Positions 1-6,060 of a stretch of DNA of 8,254 bases are shown here, in pieces; positions within the stretch are counted from its first letter, which is position 1, and each line of letters opens with the position of its first letter. This DNA is from Zygophlyctis sp. KS116. Taxonomy: Eukaryota > Fungi > Chytridiomycota. The position numbers and the translations under genes were made by a program. The stretch covers positions 1-8,254 of the forward strand of contig BAAFSQ010000384.1 in NCBI GenBank assembly GCA_054661495.1, given 5' to 3'. A model generated the notes under the pieces. It did no database searches, was not told where the DNA came from, and saw nothing but the letters and a program-made list of their open reading frames with translations.

Positions 1-41
1 GAAACGCTAAAAAATTTGAGTTAAATTTTGAGTGTTGAAAG

Positions 42-1707
42 ATGGTCTCAAAAGAAAAATCCAGTAATTCTACAATGGGAAATATCGATGCAAGATTTGA
101 AAAAGTTGCCTATGATCCTAGATTTCTTAAACCGAAAAAGAATGCAGCAAAGTTGGAAATCGATGATCGGTTTTCTGGGCTTTTTAAGTCTCCAGAGTTT
201 TCTACTGGGGCAAGTGTAGACAAGTATGGAAGACCAGTCAAGGCTGATAACGATCTATTAAGATATTATAAAATGAAGGATGATATGCCAGATTTGGCCT
301 TACGGGCAAGAGGAGAAGAAATCATGGAATCTTCATCGGAAGAGGAAGAAGAGATTATTGATGAAGAGATTGAAGGAGGAATATTTGGAAATGAACAAGT
401 TCCGATTGGAGATGAAACTAGACGTCTTGCGGTTGTCAACTTGGATTGGGATCATGTTAAAGCAAAAGATATATTTATGTTATTTGATGCATTCAAGAGA
501 GATGGGGTCATTAAAAGTGTTAGAGTTTATCCCTCGGAATTTGGACTAGAGCGGATGAAGCAGGAAGAAATTAGTGGACCTCCTTCTCAAGTTTTTGAAA
601 AAGAGGAGTCGCTTTTACAGCAGGATGATGGGAAAGAATTTGACAATGTTCAATTAAGAAAATATCAATTAGAAAGGCTGCGATATTATTATGCTATAGT
701 AGAATGTGATTCAATTAAAACTGCAAAATTCATTTATACAAACTGTGATGGAGCAGAGTTTGAATCTTCTTCAAATTTTTTAGATTTACGATATGTTCCA
801 AATGAAAGTGAATTCAATCAAGAAGTTAGGTAATTAAAAAAACTAAAGAAATAGAGATGAATGTACTCATGCTCCTTTATCTTATACTCCAAATGATTTT
901 GTTACAAATGCATTACAACATTCAAATGTTAAACTTACTTGGGATGATGATGATACTGAAAGGATTAAAGTAACAAGGCGTAAATTTTCAAAACAAGATT
1001 TGAAAGAAATGGACTTTAAATCTTATTTAGCTTCTGATTCTGATGATTCTGTAGACTATAGTAAATACTCTAGTCTTTTAGAAAAAGAAGAAGAGTCTGA
1101 AAAAGAAGATATGGAGATTACATTTGTATCTGGTCTTTCTAATAAGGCTTCGCAGTTATTGGAGAAAAAGAAGGAATCGGATCTGATAAAGAATGAAACT
1201 GTCTTTGAATCTAATCTTCGAAAACAAAGAGAAAAGAAAAAGGCTAAAAGATTGGCTAAACGTTCTGAATCTGATCCTCTAGTTGATGAAAATGAATCTG
1301 GAGACCATTCTGATCCATTTTTCAAATTTGATGATTCTGAATACACAAAACCTCAAAAAGACAAGACTAAGCCGAAAGGTAAGAAAGAAGCCAGAATTGC
1401 TGAAAAAGAGGCTGCCAAATCCAATTCTCAACTTGAATTATTACTCATGGATGATCAAGACTCTCAGCATTTTGATCAAAAATCTGTTTTAAAGAAACAA
1501 AAACTTGTTAAAAAGAAAAAGATGGTTTTAGAAGATACACAAGATCAGTTTGAAATGGATCTTGCTGATCCTAGATTTTCACAAGTCTTTTCTTCGCATC
1601 ATTACGCAATAGATCCTACAAATTCACAATTCAAAAAGACTGAAAACATGAAGAAATTGCTCTCTGAGCGTCGCAAGCGGGTAAAATCTTTACATGAAGA
1701 CAATTGA
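42..1707 (+). CDS. ESF1: Pre-rRNA-processing protein Esf1 (18S rRNA biogenesis); join(42..829,855..1707), 546 aa
   Basis: Esf1 motifs: DPRF, VDKYGR, ETRRLAVVNLDWDHVKAKD, SVRVYPSEFGLERM, LRKYQLERLRYYYAIVECDS, DLRYVP. After removing intron 830..854 the frame reads RDECT...FVTNALQHSNVKLTWD and joins the 1000..1707 ORF, ending in the NUC153-type DLADPRFSQVFSSHHYAIDPTNSQFKKT. Spliced length 1641 nt = 547 codons. Confidence 0.96.
830..854 (+). other. Spliceosomal micro-intron, 25 nt (ESF1)
   Basis: AG|GTAATT...ACTAAAGAAATAG|A. Removal deletes the stop at 831-833 and restores the conserved R-D-E-C junction. Confidence 0.93.
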
Positions 1708-2675
1708 TTGGAAAAACTATATCACTGATAGACCAGTCATTAATAAAAACTTATTAAAACCATTTGCTCTAGAAATCAGCCTTTTACAATCAGCCTATAA
1801 TTCACAACTCTCTGCAATCAAGGAAAAGCAAAGACTTGAAATTGAACGATTGACATTGTACAAAATTACAAAATTGGATGATGTCCTCAAGAGACATTCC
1901 AAGGAGCTACAAGATATTGAATGTAAATATTTAGATCAAATCAGTGTCTTGAAAATGGAACAAAAGTCCAAAATCTTTACTTTTGGTGCCACATTTTCAA
2001 CTGACTCTACGCCAATCACAACCGACATAAACATGGACAAAACAATAAACAAACACACTGCCTCTGTTAGATTTGGAACACTCATGCCAAAGATTTACAA
2101 TATAGTTTTTCAAGACTATAGTGAAATTAAACACGATCTGGATAATAATTCCTTTAATGCTCGAATCAATTTCATTTCTCTATCAGACATGAATAATTTT
2201 TCTACTCAATCCTGCTTTATTGAATCTGAAAAAAGTACTGAATTTTCCTATTCTGATTTCTCTCAACAATTAGAAATCATTAAAGATTCTATTAGAGATA
2301 AACTTGATCTTGGAGACTTTTTCACTACATTTCACTCAAACTTGAATTCAAAAATCTTGTTTCACTTGATGTCTGAGGATTCTAATTCTCGTACAGACTG
2401 TAATATTACATTAATAATTTTTAGATGAAAAGTCTTTATTAGGACTTCGTTCAATCCTTAAACTCTGTGTCATGTATTCTCTTTCACAAGTAATAATTCC
2501 AATTCCAGTATTTATCCCAATTCAAAATCTTTTTAAAGCAATTAGGAGTGTTTTAATGGAATGTCCATGGAATGAATCTTGTCAACTTGAAATTATATTT
2601 ATGATCAAGAATTTAAATGAAAATCAAGAGATTATAAAGGAAGCAGTGTCCTCTTTCAGTCAGATTTTTACTTGA
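1694..2675 (+). CDS. C12orf4/FERRY3 (DUF2362)-like protein, shortened and divergent; join(1694..2399,2425..2675), 318 aa
   Basis: N-terminal coiled coil, then motifs colinear with human C12orf4 as recalled: STEFSYSDFSQQLE (~TDFHFPRIEEQLE), GDFFTTFHSNL...LFHL (~GEFYITRHSNL...AFHL), LLGLRSILKLC (~IMGLRNILKVC), LFKAIRSVLME (~VFKCVKGFMME), terminal SQIF (~PQIF). Spliced length 957 nt = 319 codons. The start codon overlaps the end of ESF1. Confidence 0.8.
2400..2424 (+). other. Spliceosomal micro-intron, 25 nt (C12orf4-like gene)
   Basis: GTAATA...ATTAATAATTTTTAG. Joins the 1694 frame to the frame encoding LLGLRSILKLC and ORF 2472..2675. An alternative in-frame donor GTACAG exists at 2391. Confidence 0.85.
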
Positions 2676-2690
2676 CGTATTCACTAGTTT

Positions 2691-2720
2691 AATAAGAGTT
2701 TATAAGAGTTTATAAGAGTT
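2691..2720. repeat. Tandem 10-mer x3: AATAAGAGTT-TATAAGAGTT-TATAAGAGTT
   Basis: Directly visible in the 84-nt gap between the C12orf4-like stop and the OST1 ATG; one mismatch in the first copy. Confidence 0.9.
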
Positions 2721-2735
2721 TTATTTGAGGGTCAA

Positions 2736-2750
2736 GGCCGCGTTCCAGCG
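2736..2750 (+). promoter_or_regulatory. Candidate CGCG-containing core promoter element of OST1
   Basis: GGCCGCGTTCCAGCG, a GC-rich patch in AT-rich DNA. CGCG at 2739-2742 starts 21 nt before the ATG. Function is inferred. Confidence 0.4.
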
Positions 2751-2759
2751 TTCAACAAA

Positions 2760-4666
2760 ATGTTCAAGTTTGTAATTCTTGCGCTATTCTCTCTATTAAT
2801 CAAGGGCGACTTTGTAAATGTAAACGTTAGAAGAGAAGTAGATCTCTCAAAGCCAATAATCCGCTCAAAAACAGTTTTAAAAGTTGAAAATTCTGGAAAT
2901 GTGAATTTAAAAATTTATGAAATTCCTCTAGAATTTCCAATTGAATTTTTCTCTGTAAAATCAAAGTCCAAAAATCTGGATGCAAAACAGGAAAATTCTA
3001 AAATTCTGGTTTCTGTCGATCTAAAACCTTTGGAAAATATTGAATTTGAATTATCTCTCGTGTTCACAAGAGGTTTGGAGCCTTTACCGAAAAAAGTTAA
3101 ACAATTTGATAAACAGGCCTTGATCTACAAGGGTAATGCTTACTTTTACTCTTCTTATCTGACAAAAGAACAAGTGACAATAGTAATTTTACCAAATTCA
3201 ATTGATTTACTCTCAAAACTATCAGGTCCAAAACCATTCAATAAAAAAGGAAAAGAAATTACTTTTGGACCTTTTAAAAATATTGAAAAAAAAAGTACTC
3301 AAAAGACAAATATACACTTTTATTCTACAAATTCGCTATTATCAGCGTCAAAGGTTGAAAAAATAGTTCAAGTGGGTCAATTGGGACAAAATGTGAATTT
3401 TTTAGAGTATTATACGATCAGTCATAAAGGTGCAATGTACAAATTTCATTTTTAAATGATTAATAGGCTGGATGGGCATTATTCGAAATTTGATTTGATC
3501 ATGAATGAATGGAAAATTTCTTCTTCTAATATGGTCAAGTCTTTAGTTGCTTTATTGCCAAAAAATGCGTATAATCTCATTTATAGAGATGATATTGGCA
3601 ATGTTTCGACTTCAACTGTTAAAAGAGATGGTAAAAAAATAGTTTTTGAGTTGTTTCCAAGGTAATTATTGTTTTTTAATCAATTTAGATATCCCTTGTT
3701 TGGTGGGTGGAAGTACAAGTGGTTTCATGGATATGATGTTCCAATAGATTCTTATGTAAAGAAAATTGGCCAAAACAGATTCCAGCTGAAATTAAAGTTT
3801 ACAGGTAGTTTAAAGAATGTTTTGGTTGAAGATATGACTGTACGCTTTGTTTTGCCTGAAGGTGCTACGTATTCTATTATTCTTTTTTTTAAAAAAATAG
3901 TGATATAAAGGTGGATGTACCATTCGAGATGGATTCAATCTCTCACCAAAAGACTTTTACTTATTTGGATACTACTGGACGCCCAACAGTGGTTCTTGAA
4001 AGAAAAAATGTGGTGGAGGAGCATTCAAAGCCTGTTTTTGTATGTTTTAACCAAAACTTAAGCTAGATCACATATACATACGAACCTTGGCGTTATTTCC
4101 AAAAGGTTATTGCTGTAGCCTTGGCTTTTTTTTTGATTTTTGGTACTATTTCTGTATGGTCTAGAATAGATTTTTCTATAAGCAAGGTAATTAATTTCTA
4201 ATCCTAAATTCTTTAGGATCCAGAAGAGGTTTTGAAAAGTCGATTGTCAGAAGCAGCAGAGTCTGTGAAACGTTTCTCAAAGGCATCAACAGAAGTCCAT
4301 TCTGTCTTGGTTCAAGCCTTTGAAGTTTATAAGGAATCAAAAGATTTGAAATCTTATAAAAAGGTTGAATCAGAAGTATTGACTGGGCATGCGGAAACAA
4401 AGTCTAATATTTTGAAGCTCGTTAAATCAACTCATGGGGGTGATAAGGGGCTTTCAGAGAGTATTTCTAATCTCCAGGTATTGTTGGATGAGAGATTTAC
4501 AATGACCACAACATATCAAGCGAAAATGATGGAATTTTTGTCAAAGGCTTCATCAGGTATCTCTGCTGACGCTAAAAAGGAAATGATCAAAGTTGTTGAC
4601 ACGTATGAAAAAGGTCTTTCTCAAATTGAAGATAAAATATCTCAGGCACAACTAAAAATAGTCTAA
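2760..4666 (+). CDS. OST1: Oligosaccharyltransferase subunit 1 (ribophorin I); join(2760..3436,3467..3661,3689..3868,3901..4039,4067..4186,4217..4666), 586 aa
   Basis: Signal peptide MFKFVILALFSLLIKG. Ribophorin I motifs GAMLDGHYSKFD, YRDDIGNVSTS, PRYPLFGGWK, VLPEGA, TYLDTTGRP. TM helix VIAVALAFFLIFGTISVW (4106..4159), then RIDFSISKDP and a helical cytosolic tail. Spliced length 1761 nt = 587 codons. Confidence 0.96.
3437..3466 (+). other. Micro-intron, 30 nt (OST1 intron 1)
   Basis: GTACAA...TTAATAG, with in-frame TAA at 3453-3455. Removal gives HKGAMLDGHYS. Confidence 0.88.
3662..3688 (+). other. Micro-intron, 27 nt (OST1 intron 2)
   Basis: GTAATT...TTTAATCAATTTAG. Removal restores the signature PRYPLFGGW. 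Confidence 0.95.
3869..3900 (+). other. Micro-intron, 32 nt (OST1 intron 3)
   Basis: GTATTC...TTTAAAAAAATAG. Removal gives LPEGATDIKVDVPF in frame with TYLDTTGRP. Confidence 0.92.
4040..4066 (+). other. Micro-intron, 27 nt (OST1 intron 4)
   Basis: GTATGT...CTTAAGCTAG; the acceptor TAG is itself an in-frame stop. Removal gives HSKPVFITYTY. Confidence 0.9.
4187..4216 (+). other. Micro-intron, 30 nt (OST1 intron 5)
   Basis: AG|GTAATT...CTAAT...CTTTAG, with an in-frame TAA. Removal gives RIDFSISKDP. Confidence 0.9.
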
Positions 4667-4683
4667 AAGTATAAATAATTCTT

Positions 4684-6033
4684 TCAGTCTTTAAATCTAC
4701 CACACGCCTCACATATCCATTTCGTAACCATTCCATCTGAAATTACGTTTCCTGAATCTGACCTTCCCACCTTTTCCATAGATTTTGTATCCGTTTGAGA
4801 CTTGGCTTCAGGTATAAATCTGCCTCTACATCCATCTTTTAGACATAAAACAGATAAAAGAAAGGGGTCATTAGAACTACCATTAGCTAAATTGATTTCC
4901 CTTTCGCATCTAGTACAATCACAGTCAAAACAGAAATGTGCCTTTAGAAAATTTCTACGCTTTTGCGTGTCACTCCCTTCCCCCCCTTCCAATCCTATAT
5001 AAGAAATTAATGCTTCTTCTCCTTTGACCAAATCTTTCAAAGCAAAAAAATGAAGTGCTTTCCCTTCATCTACGTCCCTTTCAACATGAATCACATTCGG
5101 GGTACACCCGTGATTAAAATATACTGCAGTTGGATATAGCGCTAATGCATATGATTGTCTAGGAGAAGTTGCTCCTAGATATTGAAACGTATATAGTCCA
5201 AATGAATTACATTCTTCTTTAGCTATAAGAGATACAAGAGAAGCAACCAATTGCTCTTCAACGGGCCTCTCCTTTTGATCAACATGAGGAAGCAATTCAT
5301 CTTCTTGAATTGATGGAAAAGCCACCAGTAAATGTTGTCGCACAAAAACAGCTAGTCTTTGGGCTATTTTATGAAAGACGTGTATCTTATTAGTTGAGAA
5401 GCAAGATGAATTATCAGTCATGCCCCATATCTGGCTAAAGGTATCACTTTCAATCCCTAGAGACAATTCTTTAGCTCTATTAATGAGAATCCGCATCAGC
5501 AACCACATCAAATCAATTGTGTAATTATCAAAGTTGTCCAAATTTCTGATTGTAGAGTCCAATGGAGCCGGGATTCCCATAAAAAACTCTCGTAGAAAAT
5601 CACATTCAACTCCATGATATTTTAACCAATCCTTTTCCGAGCAAGCAACAGAACAGTAGAAGACTTGGTTGCAGGGAGGTCCAATTCGACCATTTGAAAC
5701 TCCAACAGACGCAGAAGACTTTCGAGGTGGTAAACTAAAAAATAAATCTATAATTTAAATTGACGTATTACCATTTTGGCTAACTGACCGGCTTTCAGGA
5801 ATAGCCTCCACGTTACTGTAAATTGAAAAGCAGCTATGATGAAGGACTGGAACACTACCAGTAGAAGAGTGATTACGCTTAAAACATGATGCACAAATTC
5901 GCCTCTTGGACTCTGAGTCAGGGATAATTGATGCGGGACTGGCTACATGAAGCAGCGTTCCTGCAGGGACATTTTCGTTCAGAGAAAAACATCTACCCTT
6001 AATGGGATGATTTGTTATAGATAATGAATTCAT
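4684..6033 (-). CDS. SET and MYND domain (SMYD/Set6-like) protein-lysine methyltransferase; complement(join(4684..5747,5772..6033)), 441 aa
   Basis: N-terminal HPIKGR...VPAGTLL (SET-N). MYND residues CASC ... CNQVFYCSVAC...WLKYHGVEC. SET core ECNSFG, ALYPTAVYFNHGCTPN, KGEEALISYI. Post-SET FDCDCTRC and extra C-terminal CLKDGC...CEAC. Spliced length 1326 nt = 442 codons. Confidence 0.9.
5748..5771 (-). other. Micro-intron, 24 nt (SET-MYND gene)
   Basis: GTAATACGTCAATTTAAATTATAG. It removes the stop at 5755-5757 and keeps frame. A 30-nt alternative (5735..5764, GTCAAT...TTTTAG) is also in frame, so the boundaries are less certain. Confidence 0.7.
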
Positions 6034-6041
6034 TTAAATCC

Positions 6042-6057
6042 TTTTTCGCGACTCCGG
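6042..6057 (-). promoter_or_regulatory. Candidate CGCGAAA (SCB/E2F-like) element upstream of the SET-MYND gene
   Basis: Minus strand reads CCGGAGTCGCGAAAAA within the 27-nt PAP1-SET gap. CGCG at 6047-6050 starts 17 nt before the ATG. Function is inferred. Confidence 0.4.
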
Positions 6058-6060
6058 TGA

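Noticed and set aside
9-18. AAAAAATTT upstream of ESF1 as an RRPE (ribosome biogenesis) element
   Set aside because: It lacks the TG prefix of TGAAAAATTT, and such tracts are frequent in this AT-rich sequence.
28-1492. ORFs 28..219, 280..549, 1056..1346 and 1283..1492
   Set aside because: Alternative-frame or antisense shadows of ESF1 with no recognisable motifs.
1681-1699. 19-nt GTAAAA...AAG intron that would fuse ESF1 in frame to the C12orf4-like ORF
   Set aside because: It is shorter than all 12 supported introns, ends AAG rather than TAG, and lacks a branch-like motif. It cannot be excluded without RNA data.
1646-1706. Near-direct repeat ACATGAAGA(C)AATTG at 1646-1659 and 1692-1706 around the overlapping ATG
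   Set aside because: A short gapped match in AT-rich, purine-rich coding DNA; chance is a sufficient explanation.
1681-1731. 51-nt intron giving ESF1 an alternative end (RRKR-TSH*)
   Set aside because: It is not needed for an intact ESF1, is of atypical length, and supplies no alternative ATG for gene 2.
2691-2720. Tandem repeat as a CRISPR array, telomeric repeat or transposon end
   Set aside because: Only three 10-nt units, with no spacers, inverted termini, target-site duplication or associated genes.
3453-3458. TAA-ATG adjacency resembling prokaryotic translational coupling or an operon
   Set aside because: Both codons lie inside OST1 intron 1 (3437-3466), and all identified genes are eukaryotic.
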